From: an archaeon
GTDB lineage: Archaea > Iainarchaeota > Iainarchaeia > Iainarchaeales > JAAZKV01
Assembly (NCBI GenBank): GCA_036170245.1
Contig: JAVHOV010000031.1
Location: forward strand, 1 to 31,398
DNA: 31,398 nt
Direction of reading: 5' to 3'
The notes beneath the pieces are model-generated. The model saw only the letters and a program-made list of their open reading frames with translations, did not search any database and was not told where the DNA came from. Every line of letters begins with the position of its first letter. The stretch's first letter is position 1. Shown here piece after piece: positions 1-9,601 of this stretch. Both the position numbers and the translations under genes were made by a program.

Positions 1-44
1 AATTCATCTGCGGGTCTTGTTAGACCACGCAGTATTCTTGGCAT
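1..44 (-). CDS. Possible 5' start of a gene running off the left edge (MPRILRGLTRPADE...)
   Basis: ATG at 44 on the minus strand is open to the window edge. Only 14 codons are visible, so the product is unknown. Confidence 0.3.
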   Translation of the reverse strand, partial: MPRILRGLTRPADE

Positions 45-59
45 CAATATAAAAATAGT

Positions 60-100
60 TAAAAAAGAATTAGAGTTTTGGACAAAACCTTGCCCAAAAC
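60..100 (-). terminator. Hairpin plus T-tract downstream of rubrerythrin
   Basis: Minus strand GTTTTGGGCAA-GGTT-TTGTCCAAAAC (75-100), followed shortly by a T7 tract. Confidence 0.5.
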
Positions 101-119
101 CTTTTTTCAAAAAATTATT

Positions 120-707
120 TTAGTACTCTTCATTCTTTACTTGGTAGAACCAATAATCATGCTTACAAGCAGGACAAGCTTTTGGAGGTTCAGTTCCAGT
201 GTGTTCATACCCACATTCTCTGCAAATCCACTTAACTGACTTATCTCTTTTCCAAAGAGTTCCAGTTCTTATTCTGTCAAGGAACTTTTGGTATCTCTCT
301 GCATGGTGTCTCTCTGCAACTGCAATTGCCCTAAGTTTTCCAACAATTTCTACTAAACCTTCAGCTTGAGCAGTTTTTGCGAAATCAGGGTACATTGAAT
401 TAGTTTCATGTAATTCTCCTGCAATTGCCGCTTCAAGATTAATTTTTGTATCAGCGAAAGTTGTATTAGCCTCTGTTTCAACCAAAACCAAATCACTAGG
501 ACGCATACCTTCCTTAGTTTTCAATTCATTCATCATCAAAAGAAGTTGCTTTGCATGTTCCTTCTCTTGATTTGCTGTAAGTTCAAAAATATCACTCAAT
601 TGAGGATAATTATCCTTCAGAGCTTGTTTAGAATAATAAGTATATCTGTTTCTTGCTTGACTCTCCCCAATGAAAGCCTTTCCTAAATTCTTCAAAGTTT
701 CACTCAA
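120..707 (-). CDS. rbr: Rubrerythrin
   Basis: AFIGESQARNRY, di-iron ExxH motifs (EKEH, ERHH), C-terminal rubredoxin CRECG...CPAC. TTG start with GGTGG SD. Confidence 0.95.
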   Translation of the reverse strand: MSETLKNLGKAFIGESQARNRYTYYSKQALKDNYPQLSDIFELTANQEKEHAKQLLLMMNELKTKEGMRPSDLVLVETEANTTFADTKINLEAAIAGELHETNSMYPDFAKTAQAEGLVEIVGKLRAIAVAERHHAERYQKFLDRIRTGTLWKRDKSVKWICRECGYEHTGTEPPKACPACKHDYWFYQVKNEEY

Positions 708-812
708 AATTCCACCACCAAAAAAGTAATTAACTAAGAATCAAAGAGATTAAATAAGTAAGTGTTAGGATTGTGATTTATTAGGTTTTTAATAAAAAAA
801 ATATTTTATTAA

Positions 813-1985
813 TTACCTTCCATAAATTTCTACTCTCGCAGATCTATTCATCCCTTCTCCAGTTTGACAACAATTTAATGTGTCCCCTGCAGAGTAATTT
901 CCAAATGAAGAAGACATCCCTATTCCACCACTTACATCATCACTACCAGGAGCACCACCACTACTTAACGTAGCCGGATTTACATACAATCCTTCCCCAT
1001 TTTCATTCCAACCAAACCCCCATCTAACATCAGCATCGATTCCATAATCAATATTATTTACAAAATTAAATCCATAAAATCTAATATCAGATTGAGTAGA
1101 GAAAACATTGCTCCAGCCATTATTAGTTATAAATTCTTGAGCATCTTCCAAAAAAACTAGATTAGATGTACTAAAGAAATTTGGAAGATAAGTACTATCC
1201 ATACTATTGAAACTATTAACTACCCAATATTTATTTCCTGAATCAATATCCGGCCACCTTGCCATAATATCAGTAATTGGTAACTCGTTAAATGAACGAA
1301 ACTTCGCATCCCCATCATTCAGATTAGTTTCACTTTCATTTAAAGTATTGTTAGTAGTCCAATAATCTGAATCATAATTAAAAGTAGTACCCTGAGTAGC
1401 CTTCATCATTAAAGTCCAACCACCACCATTACTAGTCATATCACAATAAACATTAAAAGGAGAATTTCCTCCAGCACCATCAAGATCAATCAAATAAACT
1501 CCATCACCTGAAGAGTTTCCTGTTTGAAGAATATTTAAACAAGAAGAAAATGAAGCAACTGCACTTTTGGTCGCAGTACAAGTAGGAGAATTTGCTCCCC
1601 CAGTGTCACTTTTACAAACCCAACTAACACTAGACCCAGCACTTGGAAAAGACGGAGCAGTACCTATAATGCTCCCGCTTGAACAAAAAGTACTTCCACT
1701 AGGCCAAGCAGACTCAGTAGCCAAAAAAGATTTAGCACGAGAAGAACTACAAGAAGCATTTACTACTGTTCCACCAGTAGAACCCCCAGTATTTCCAATT
1801 AATCCTTTCAAATCACTCATTTGATTATTATAATCAGCACTAGTATTTTGATCTTTAGTATCAACAATAACTCCACTAAGAGCAATAATGACAATTGCAA
1901 CAACTAAAATCGCAACTCCAATCATCAACAAATATTCAAGAGCACCTTGCGCAGAGGAATTTGAAAAATATTTTTTCCTAGACAA
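813..1985 (-). CDS. Class III signal peptide (pilin-like) surface protein with a C-terminal fibrinogen-like domain
   Basis: AQG/ALEYLLMIG plus hydrophobic helix; Ser/Gly/Cys linker (SWVC); SC...GDGVYLID...FNVYCDMTSNGGGWTL fibrinogen-like motif. Confidence 0.8.
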   Translation of the reverse strand: MSRKKYFSNSSAQGALEYLLMIGVAILVVAIVIIALSGVIVDTKDQNTSADYNNQMSDLKGLIGNTGGSTGGTVVNASCSSSRAKSFLATESAWPSGSTFCSSGSIIGTAPSFPSAGSSVSWVCKSDTGGANSPTCTATKSAVASFSSCLNILQTGNSSGDGVYLIDLDGAGGNSPFNVYCDMTSNGGGWTLMMKATQGTTFNYDSDYWTTNNTLNESETNLNDGDAKFRSFNELPITDIMARWPDIDSGNKYWVVNSFNSMDSTYLPNFFSTSNLVFLEDAQEFITNNGWSNVFSTQSDIRFYGFNFVNNIDYGIDADVRWGFGWNENGEGLYVNPATLSSGGAPGSDDVSGGIGMSSSFGNYSAGDTLNCCQTGEGMNRSARVEIYGR

Positions 1986-2002
1986 AACTCAATCACCAAA
2001 AA

Positions 2003-3361
2003 TCATTTTTTCTTTTTCTTTCTTAACTTTGAGTAGTGTCGATCATAGAAATTCAATCCATCCCACTTCTCAAGAGCTTCTCTTAATTCAGAGTGAGTTT
2101 TTGCATACTCTTCAGCAGTGTACCCACTCATTTCTGCGTCAACAGCTTGACGCATTGCCATTGCACCCGCAACAGTTCCTTTAGGGTGACCATGAATTCC
2201 TCCACCAGCTTGGATTATTACATCTCTACCCATCCCATGAATTATTGGAGCAACTTTACTTGGGTGTAGTCCGCCTGAACAAACCGCAATCATTGGCTTT
2301 AAGTTATGCCATTCTTCTTTCAATCTATGAGTTGCTAGATTCTGTGAAACAACTTTATGTTCAATTTCTTCTCCAACAGCCATTACTTCTTCTTTACCTT
2401 CATACATTTTTCCAACCATTCCGCCAATGTGAAGCTGATCAATTCCAATAAGTCTACAAAGTTTTGCAATTACAAGCATGCTAATTCCATGATAAGGATT
2501 TCTAGTAAATGCAGCATGCATTGCTCTATGACCATGGTAAACAACATTCAAGTCAGCATCCCTTAACTCTTGAACTGCACTCCACCCAGCAGTCAATACA
2601 TCAACCATTACAAATTCTCCGCCTTGTGAAACAATATACTTTGCTCTTCGCATCATTTCGCCATAAGGTGCAGTGACATTTGCCAAATATGCTTTTCTTT
2701 CCCCAGTTTCTCTCTCAGCTTTAGCTCGAGCTCTTAAAGTAACATCAATTCTTTTATAAAAATTATTAAAACTCATTGAAGTTAAGTTCTCATCATCCTT
2801 AACATAATCACAGCCCCCAATCCAAGCCTGGTAAGCTACATCAGCATGACCTACTTCACCTAAACCCAGTTTTGGTTTAACAATTGTTCCAACAAAAGGT
2901 CTATCACTAACTTTCATTAATTTTCTGATTCCTTCAATTCCATAATAAGGACCCCTATAGTGCTTGATGAATGATTCAGGGAAATCAATATCCACTAATT
3001 TTAGGTTCTTTACATCATTCATTCCAAAAATATTTCCTGCAACTGAACTTAATATTTGAGGAATATTATGTTCTTCAAAAAGCTGTTTAGAATAAGCAAT
3101 TCTTACAATTCCTTTCTTTTTATCAACAAAAAATACTTTCGGAGACAAATCATTAAACATTTTCTGGTTAAGTGTTCCAATATCAGTCCAAGTACCAATT
3201 GAAGACTCAGAAGCAACTCTCTGCGCTGCACTCTCAAGAGTAATTCCCTTAGCAGGTTCTAAATAATACTCACAAACCAAATCCTCTTTAGTAGGTCTAT
3301 AATTCAAATCCAAATACCCTTCATACTCTTTTACCCTATTTGATACAACTTTTCCAGCCAT
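2003..3361 (-). CDS. rbcL: Form III RuBisCO large subunit
   Basis: ESSIGTWT, GTIVKPKLG, catalytic KDDE, HRAMHAAF, SGGLHP, QAGGGIHGHP. ATG 3361 is preferred over 3379 because a GTGGTG SD precedes it. Confidence 0.95.
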   Translation of the reverse strand: MAGKVVSNRVKEYEGYLDLNYRPTKEDLVCEYYLEPAKGITLESAAQRVASESSIGTWTDIGTLNQKMFNDLSPKVFFVDKKKGIVRIAYSKQLFEEHNIPQILSSVAGNIFGMNDVKNLKLVDIDFPESFIKHYRGPYYGIEGIRKLMKVSDRPFVGTIVKPKLGLGEVGHADVAYQAWIGGCDYVKDDENLTSMSFNNFYKRIDVTLRARAKAERETGERKAYLANVTAPYGEMMRRAKYIVSQGGEFVMVDVLTAGWSAVQELRDADLNVVYHGHRAMHAAFTRNPYHGISMLVIAKLCRLIGIDQLHIGGMVGKMYEGKEEVMAVGEEIEHKVVSQNLATHRLKEEWHNLKPMIAVCSGGLHPSKVAPIIHGMGRDVIIQAGGGIHGHPKGTVAGAMAMRQAVDAEMSGYTAEEYAKTHSELREALEKWDGLNFYDRHYSKLRKKKKK

Positions 3362-3537
3362 TTTTAGAACACCACACACTTAATTTTATGATTTGAAAAT
3401 GATTTTTGTAGAATAAAAACCTTTTCAAGGAGAGAAAAATTTTGTAATTTTAATTCAAAACAATCATTCTTTACTTTACCAAACAATTATATTCAACTTT
3501 ATTAGTAATTCATTCAAAAATCGGAGGGCGATGATTA

Positions 3538-3735
3538 ATGAACAAACTAATCATAGGAATACTACTATTTGCAATCGCATTCAGTTTAATGTTCGGATGC
3601 ACACAAACTACACCAACAAATAACACAAACACAAGTAACACTGGTGCAAACACAACACCAACAAACAACAACACAAACAACACAGTAGCAACTGGAACAA
3701 ACGACGTACCAATGCCACCAGCACTACCCGAATAA
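3538..3735 (+). CDS. Small lipoprotein-like protein, Thr/Asn-rich, C-terminal PPALPE
   Basis: GGAGGG SD, signal peptide with FGC lipobox-like site, TTPTNN repeated twice. Confidence 0.75.
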   Translation: MNKLIIGILLFAIAFSLMFGCTQTTPTNNTNTSNTGANTTPTNNNTNNTVATGTNDVPMPPALPE

Positions 3736-3754
3736 AAAAAAGGAGACGATTAAA

Positions 3755-4432
3755 ATGATGAAAAAAATAATACTAGGACTAATAATTCTAATGATAAGCA
3801 CAATGGTTTTTGCAACAAATTCTGATGTTACATCAGGACAAGTTACAATAACTTTGCAGAAAGGATGGAATTTAATGCCTGCTTTTTCAGGGCCAGCTTC
3901 AAATTCAATGAAATATTTATACACTTATTCAGCTAATTTAGGCCAATATTGTGGTGGATTAATAGTGGATGGAAGTTTATCATATTCAGACGATTGTAAG
4001 GTCGGAAGAGAAACAAATATGTTTAATCTTGCTACAAATTATCAATATTTCTTCCCGGCAGTTTGGATTTATTCTATTGATTCTTCACCATATGTTGCTC
4101 ATTTCGGTTCAGAATCAGTAGCAAATATGAATCAATCTGTTTTAGACAAAATGCCCCTTACAAAAGGATGGAATTTTGTAGTATTACACCCTTGGATGGT
4201 TGGAAATAGTCTAAAAACAATTTTTGATAATTGTAATGTTACTGCATTAAATAGATGGGACGCAGTTAATCAAAAATGGTTTGCTGATTCAAGCACTACT
4301 GCAGCTTCAATGGTTCAAACAACTACACCATTAACTGAAGAAAAAATTGGCGAAGCATATGTAGTAAAAGTTTTGAATGATTGCCAACTAAATAAAAGTT
4401 CAACTGAGTCTCCACCATCATCACCAAACTAA
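3755..4432 (+). CDS. Secreted/surface hypothetical protein with two LxKGWN repeats
   Basis: AGGAG SD, N-terminal signal peptide, LQKGWNL and LTKGWNF repeats, C-terminal SPPSSPN. Confidence 0.75.
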   Translation: MMKKIILGLIILMISTMVFATNSDVTSGQVTITLQKGWNLMPAFSGPASNSMKYLYTYSANLGQYCGGLIVDGSLSYSDDCKVGRETNMFNLATNYQYFFPAVWIYSIDSSPYVAHFGSESVANMNQSVLDKMPLTKGWNFVVLHPWMVGNSLKTIFDNCNVTALNRWDAVNQKWFADSSTTAASMVQTTTPLTEEKIGEAYVVKVLNDCQLNKSSTESPPSSPN

Positions 4433-4443
4433 AAAACAATTTT

Positions 4444-4484
4444 TTGATTGGTGACAAAAAAGTCATCAATCAATTTCTTTTTTT
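4444..4484 (+). terminator. Hairpin plus T-tract
   Basis: TTGATTGGTGAC-AAAAAA-GTCATCAATCAA (4444-4473) followed by TTTCTTTTTTT. Confidence 0.65.
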
Positions 4485-4570
4485 AAAAATTAAAAAAATA
4501 GAAGCAATAATTCAATAGGTAAAACCAAATTAATTGGTTCCCTTTGAATTACTACTCAATTTTACTTCAT

Positions 4571-4774
4571 TTATTTCTTCAAAGCTAGTCGAATATCTTC
4601 ATCAGTTACAGTTTTTCTTCCAGCGTGTTTTGCGTATAGTGAAGCTTCCTGACTTACTTTCATTCCGACTTCTTCCAAATGAACTGCAAGTTCTTTTGCT
4701 GCACTTTCACTAACTCTAATACCTGCTGCTTTTCTGATAATTCTATCAACTGCTGCTATTGGCAATTCCGTCAT
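4571..4774 (-). CDS. Archaeal histone (HMf-like)
   Basis: ELPIAAVDRIIRKA...RVSESA...AKHAGRKTVTDEDI histone fold, 67 aa. Confidence 0.95.
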   Translation of the reverse strand: MTELPIAAVDRIIRKAAGIRVSESAAKELAVHLEEVGMKVSQEASLYAKHAGRKTVTDEDIRLALKK

Positions 4775-4954
4775 TTTATCTCACTCAACAAAGTAAAACA
4801 TTAATGCTTATAAAGATTCCATTTGGTTCCAAAGCCAAAAAAACAAAAGGGTTTTGAAAACCAAGGGTAATTTGAGGGTATAAAATATGCCTAAACTTGC
4901 GCCGGCAAATCACTCTAAATGCTTTTTTAAAGTCTGTTTTGCATAAAACAATGC

Positions 4955-5812
4955 ATGGAACAAAATAATGCAATGATTGTGTTTGAAGGCAAGAACATAA
5001 GAAAAACATGGCATAATGATGAATGGTGGTTTTCTGTTGTTGATATAACAGGAGCACTTTCTGGAACTGATAATCCAAATAGATACTGGTCGGACTTAAA
5101 AATTAAACTTAATCAAGAAGGAAGTCAGTTATACGATTTTATCGTACAACTGAAATTAGAATCAAGTGATGGAAAAAAATATGAAACTGATTGCACTAAC
5201 ACAGAAGGGGCATTTAGATTAGTTCAATCAATCCCTTCGCCAAAAGCAGAACCATTTAAATTGTGGCTAGCAAAAACGGGTTACGAAAGAATTCAAGAAA
5301 TCGAAAACCCTGAAATTGCACATGACAGAGCCAAAAATTATTATGAAATGAAAGGATATCCAAAGGAATGGATTGATAAAAGAATTAGAGGAATTGCAGT
5401 CAGGCAAGAACTTACTGATGAATGGAAACAAAGGCAAGTTAATCAAGAAAAAGAGTTTGCAATTTTAACAAACGAAATAACTAAAGCAACTTTTGGAAAA
5501 ACTGTCGGAGAATATAAAGAATTTAAGGGACTTGAAAAAAAGAACCAGAACCTGCGAGACCATATGAATGATTGGGAAATAATACTTACAATGGTTGGAG
5601 AAAAAGCAACTACTGATATTACTAAAGCAAAAGATTCACAAGGATTAAACCAATGCAAGGATAGCGCAAATATTGGCGGAACTATTGCACATAACACAAA
5701 AAAAGAACTTGAGGAAAAAATTGGAAAACAAATTACTACAAAAGAAAACTTTCTTAATTTGACTAATAAAAATAAACCAAAAATTGAACAAAAACAAGAA
5801 AATAAAAACTAA
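4955..5812 (+). CDS. Bro-N domain protein (antirepressor-like DNA-binding protein)
   Basis: FEGKNIRKTW...WWFSVVDI...YWSDLK, RLVQSIPSPKAEPFKLWLA, NLRDHM. Confidence 0.85.
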   Translation: MEQNNAMIVFEGKNIRKTWHNDEWWFSVVDITGALSGTDNPNRYWSDLKIKLNQEGSQLYDFIVQLKLESSDGKKYETDCTNTEGAFRLVQSIPSPKAEPFKLWLAKTGYERIQEIENPEIAHDRAKNYYEMKGYPKEWIDKRIRGIAVRQELTDEWKQRQVNQEKEFAILTNEITKATFGKTVGEYKEFKGLEKKNQNLRDHMNDWEIILTMVGEKATTDITKAKDSQGLNQCKDSANIGGTIAHNTKKELEEKIGKQITTKENFLNLTNKNKPKIEQKQENKN

Positions 5813-5831
5813 CTTACTCTAAATTATACTT

Positions 5832-8273
5832 ATGCCATTTGTTACACATAAATTAATCAAACCTGATACTATTGAATCAAGGTTATACCAAGAAGTTTTA
5901 GTATCAAGAATTATTGATAAAGGCAATACTTTAGTTGTTGCTCCAACGGCTCTTGGAAAAACCATTGTTGCAGTAATGCTTGCAGCTTATGTTTTGGAAC
6001 ACAATCCAAACAAAAAAATTCTTTTCCTTGCACCAACAAAACCATTAGTTACGCAGCACGAAAATAGTTTTAAGAAATTCTTTAACATTAGTGAAGAAGA
6101 AATTGTTTCAATCACAGGAAGTATTCCTATTAAAGAAAGAACAGAGATTTACAAAAACAAAAAAATAATTCAAGCAACTCCGCAAACTATTGAAAATGAT
6201 TTGCTCTCAGGAAAATTAAATCTTAAAGAATTTGGACTAGTTATTTTTGATGAGGCTCATAGAGCAGTAGGAGATTATGCTTATGTATTTGTCAATCTGC
6301 AACTGCAAAAACAAAATCCAAATTGCTTAGTACTTGCACTAACTGCTTCGCCAGGAAGCGAAGAAGAACACATACAAGATGTTTGCAAGAATTTGTCAAT
6401 AAAAAATATTGAAATAAAAGATTCAAATGACGATGATGTAAAACCCTATGTAAATGAAATAGATGTAGATTGGGTAAAAGTAGATTTGCCAAAAGATTTT
6501 CTTACAATCAAATCACACTTGGAAGAATTTCAAAAAAAGCAATTAATTGCACTAAAAGCTCTTGGTTTTGCACAAACTGAAAACAAAAGATTTTACAACA
6601 AATTCAAACTTCTTGAAATGCAGGCAAATATCAGAAAAAGATTAATTACATACGGCACAAGCGAACCAAGTTTATTTTACGCTTCAAGCAAATGCGCTTC
6701 AATGCTAAAAATTTCTCATGCAGAAGAACTAATTGAAACCCAAGGAATTGGAGCACTGAAAAGTTATTTTGATAAATTGGTTGAAGAAGCAAATCACGGC
6801 AAAAGCAAAGCTGCAAGACAAATCATTGCTGACGAAGATATTAAACTTGCAATTTTATTGACAAACAAACTATTTGAAGAAAAAGTACAGCATCCAAAAT
6901 ATGCTGAACTCAAAAGAATAATTTTAGAACAATTGAATGCAGAACCAAAAAGCAAAATAATTGTATTCAACCATTACAGGGATTCAATTACTGAAGTAGT
7001 TGAATTTTTGACAAACAAAGAAGGAACAGAAATCATTAAACCAAGAAAATTTATCGGACAAGCTACTAAGGGAAAAGAAAAAGGAATGAGTCAGAAAATA
7101 CAACAAGAAGTTTTGGATGAATTAAGAAATGATGTGCATAACGTTTTGGTCGCAAGCAGTGTCGCTGAGGAAGGACTTGATATTCCTGCTGTGGAACTTG
7201 TAATATTCTTTGAACCCGTTCCAAGCGAGATTAGAACAATTCAAAGAAGAGGAAGAACAGGAAGACACTCTAAAGGAAAAATGATTGTACTCATGGCAAA
7301 AAATACTAGAGATGAGGCATTCTATTGGACTGCAAAAAGCAAAGAGAAAAAAATGAAGGACACTTTAAAGAGCATGAAAAAATATAATAATTTTTTAGCA
7401 GAACCTACCTCCCCCGCACAAACTTTGCTTGGATCATTTAACAGTGAGAAAAAAGAAGATGACAAAATAATTATTTTTGCTGATTCTCGAGAACAAGCAT
7501 CAAATATCCAAAAAGAATTATTTTCACACTCTGATGTAAAACTAATTACTAAAGCACTTGATATTGGAGATTATGTTTTGAGTAAAGATGTTTGCGTTGA
7601 GCGAAAAACTGTTGAAGATTTTGTAAACTCAATGATTGACGGAAGATTATTTACTCAAATGAATAATTTGAGACAAAATTATTCAAAACCCTTAGTAATA
7701 CTTGAAGGAAACACTACCGAACTCTTCACAATAAGAAACATTCACAAAAACTCAATCTTAGGAGCACTTACTTCAATTGCACTTGATTATCAAGTACCTT
7801 TGCTTAACTCAAAAAATTCCACAGAAACTGCAGATATGCTTTATGTGATTGCAAAACGAGAACAAAAAATATTCAGCAAAGAAGTTCGAATCAGAGTTGG
7901 AAGAAAAGGACTGACATTAAGTGAACAGCAAAGATTCATTGTAGAAGGATTCCCTTCAGTTGGACCGCTTTTAGCAAAATCACTTTTAGAAAAATTTGGT
8001 TCAATAAAAAACATAGTTGATGCAAGCGAAAAAGAATTACAAGAACTTGAGAACTTAGGAAAAAAGAAAGCAAGGTTGATTCAAAAAGTTTTGAGAGAAA
8101 AGTATGATGAAAATAAATCCACATTAAATGAACTTGAAAATGACAAAGAAATGGATGACATTGAAATACAAAACGCATTTGATGAAAATAATGATTCAAA
8201 TAACGATGATGAGATTGTTATTGATGAAGAACCTATTAAAGAAGAGACTAAAAAAGGTGATCTTGATGAATAA
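5832..8273 (+). CDS. hef: Hef: SF2 DEAH helicase fused to ERCC4/XPF nuclease
   Basis: APTALGKT, DEAH, TAS, EEGLD, QRRGRTGR; GDY...VERKT...DGRL nuclease; C-terminal HhH pair; acidic tail. Confidence 0.93.
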   Translation: MPFVTHKLIKPDTIESRLYQEVLVSRIIDKGNTLVVAPTALGKTIVAVMLAAYVLEHNPNKKILFLAPTKPLVTQHENSFKKFFNISEEEIVSITGSIPIKERTEIYKNKKIIQATPQTIENDLLSGKLNLKEFGLVIFDEAHRAVGDYAYVFVNLQLQKQNPNCLVLALTASPGSEEEHIQDVCKNLSIKNIEIKDSNDDDVKPYVNEIDVDWVKVDLPKDFLTIKSHLEEFQKKQLIALKALGFAQTENKRFYNKFKLLEMQANIRKRLITYGTSEPSLFYASSKCASMLKISHAEELIETQGIGALKSYFDKLVEEANHGKSKAARQIIADEDIKLAILLTNKLFEEKVQHPKYAELKRIILEQLNAEPKSKIIVFNHYRDSITEVVEFLTNKEGTEIIKPRKFIGQATKGKEKGMSQKIQQEVLDELRNDVHNVLVASSVAEEGLDIPAVELVIFFEPVPSEIRTIQRRGRTGRHSKGKMIVLMAKNTRDEAFYWTAKSKEKKMKDTLKSMKKYNNFLAEPTSPAQTLLGSFNSEKKEDDKIIIFADSREQASNIQKELFSHSDVKLITKALDIGDYVLSKDVCVERKTVEDFVNSMIDGRLFTQMNNLRQNYSKPLVILEGNTTELFTIRNIHKNSILGALTSIALDYQVPLLNSKNSTETADMLYVIAKREQKIFSKEVRIRVGRKGLTLSEQQRFIVEGFPSVGPLLAKSLLEKFGSIKNIVDASEKELQELENLGKKKARLIQKVLREKYDENKSTLNELENDKEMDDIEIQNAFDENNDSNNDDEIVIDEEPIKEETKKGDLDE

Positions 8274-8325
8274 TGTAAATACAAACTTTTTTATTAAGAA
8301 TCACTCAAGTAAAAGTAGTGATTCA

Positions 8326-8541
8326 ATGGATTTTGATGTAGTACTAGAAAAAGATTTAGAAGGCTGGTTCATAGCGTCAGTACCTGCATTACCAGGGTGT
8401 CACACGCAAGGAAAAACAAAAAAAGAAGCCCTTGATAATATAAAAGAAGCAATAGAACTTTTTCTAGAAGTAAAAGCCGAAAAGAAAAATAAGACAGAAG
8501 TTTCTTTTGTAGGCATACAAAAAGTTTCCGTTTATGCATAA
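8326..8541 (+). CDS. hicB: HicB-family antitoxin (short form, no DNA-binding extension)
   Basis: ASVPALPGCHTQGKTKKEALDNIKEAIEL. ATG 8326 is in frame with track ORF 8128, whose extension overlaps hef. Confidence 0.9.
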   Translation: MDFDVVLEKDLEGWFIASVPALPGCHTQGKTKKEALDNIKEAIELFLEVKAEKKNKTEVSFVGIQKVSVYA

Positions 8542-8749
8542 TCACATAAAAACAAGAGACTTACTTCACATAATAAAAAAATTAGGTTTTGTAGAAATAA
8601 GGCAAAAAGGCTCGCACCTATTTCTTGAACATCCTGATGGAAGAACCACTGTTATTCCAATGCATGATGAAATAGGTTCAGGACTATTAGTCAAAATAAT
8701 AAAAGAAGATTTAAAAATTTCGAAGGAAGAATTTGAGAAACTAGTCTAA
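8534..8749 (+). CDS. hicA: HicA-family toxin (mRNA interferase)
   Basis: LGF...RQKGSH...HPDGRTTVIPMH; overlaps the hicB stop by 8 nt. Confidence 0.9.
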   Translation: MHNHIKTRDLLHIIKKLGFVEIRQKGSHLFLEHPDGRTTVIPMHDEIGSGLLVKIIKEDLKISKEEFEKLV

Positions 8750-8821
8750 AAGAAAAAAACACCCCCCTAACAACATTTAAAAACCTCTCTCTAATTGAAT
8801 ACTTTATTCTGGTGAATTTAT

Positions 8822-9226
8822 ATGGTTCAATGGCACATGAGAGACGATAAGAAACCAAGTGGTGGAAGAAGAAATACTATTAGAGCAAGATCAAAGAGAT
8901 TAGCTTGGAAAGGCGGTAAAGCTGCTTTAACTAAAACTGATACTTCAGTAAAAGAAGACTTAAGAGAAACTAGTAATGGCTTAGGTAAAACTAAGAAAAC
9001 TAGAGCTTTAGAACTAAAACACGCAAACATTTCTCAAAAAGGCAAAGTAATCAAAGCAGAAATAATTGCAGTTAAAACTAATAACGCTAACAGATTGTTC
9101 GCAAGATCAAACGTATCAACAAAAGGCGCAATAATCAGAGTAAAAGTTGATGGAACAGAAAAATTGGCTAAGGTTACAAACAGACCAGGTCAAGAAGGAA
9201 GCGTTAACGCTAAATTCGTAGAATGA
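8822..9226 (+). CDS. rps8e: 30S ribosomal protein S8e
   Basis: KKPSGGR, NRLFARSNVSTKGAII, AKVTNRPGQEGSVNA; GGTGA SD. Confidence 0.93.
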   Translation: MVQWHMRDDKKPSGGRRNTIRARSKRLAWKGGKAALTKTDTSVKEDLRETSNGLGKTKKTRALELKHANISQKGKVIKAEIIAVKTNNANRLFARSNVSTKGAIIRVKVDGTEKLAKVTNRPGQEGSVNAKFVE

Positions 9227-9433
9227 AAAACTTGGTTTTTCATAACCCAAAATGCTAAGCATTTTGGTCGAATAAATCTTTTTAGTTTTGGCATTTTTAA
9301 TCAAAATGCCAACAACATTATTAAACCTCACCCTTGCGAGAGCTATTTCTTACAAGACCAAAACCAAATACAATGCCTCAAATAGCTAGTTTGGACAATC
9401 CTAATTAACCCTTTAAAAGGAAAACCCACTAGC

Positions 9434-9447
9434 AGAAAGTTTATAAA
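9434..9447 (+). promoter_or_regulatory. BRE-TATA upstream of tfb
   Basis: AGAAAG-TTTATAAA consensus archaeal promoter; a second TTTATATA lies at 9463-9470. Confidence 0.6.
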
Positions 9448-9601
9448 GATGCTTAACAGGCATTTATATAATTAGTGCTGGTTTCTCTTAAATTTTTTAT
9501 TTAAAAAAATATTTAGCAACTAGCAAGTAAAAATTGGTGAGCAAAAGAATTCTTTTAATGAATTAAAATTGTTCACAAATAAAAGTGGAATCTATAGGGT
9601 G

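Noticed and set aside
73..90. TTTTGGACAAAAC resembles the IS TIR
   Set aside because: Better explained as one arm of the terminator hairpin; no element structure around it.
8128..8325. N-terminal extension of HicB, and the other short overlapping or antisense ORFs in the track
   Set aside because: These are shadow frames of well-supported genes and carry no motifs.
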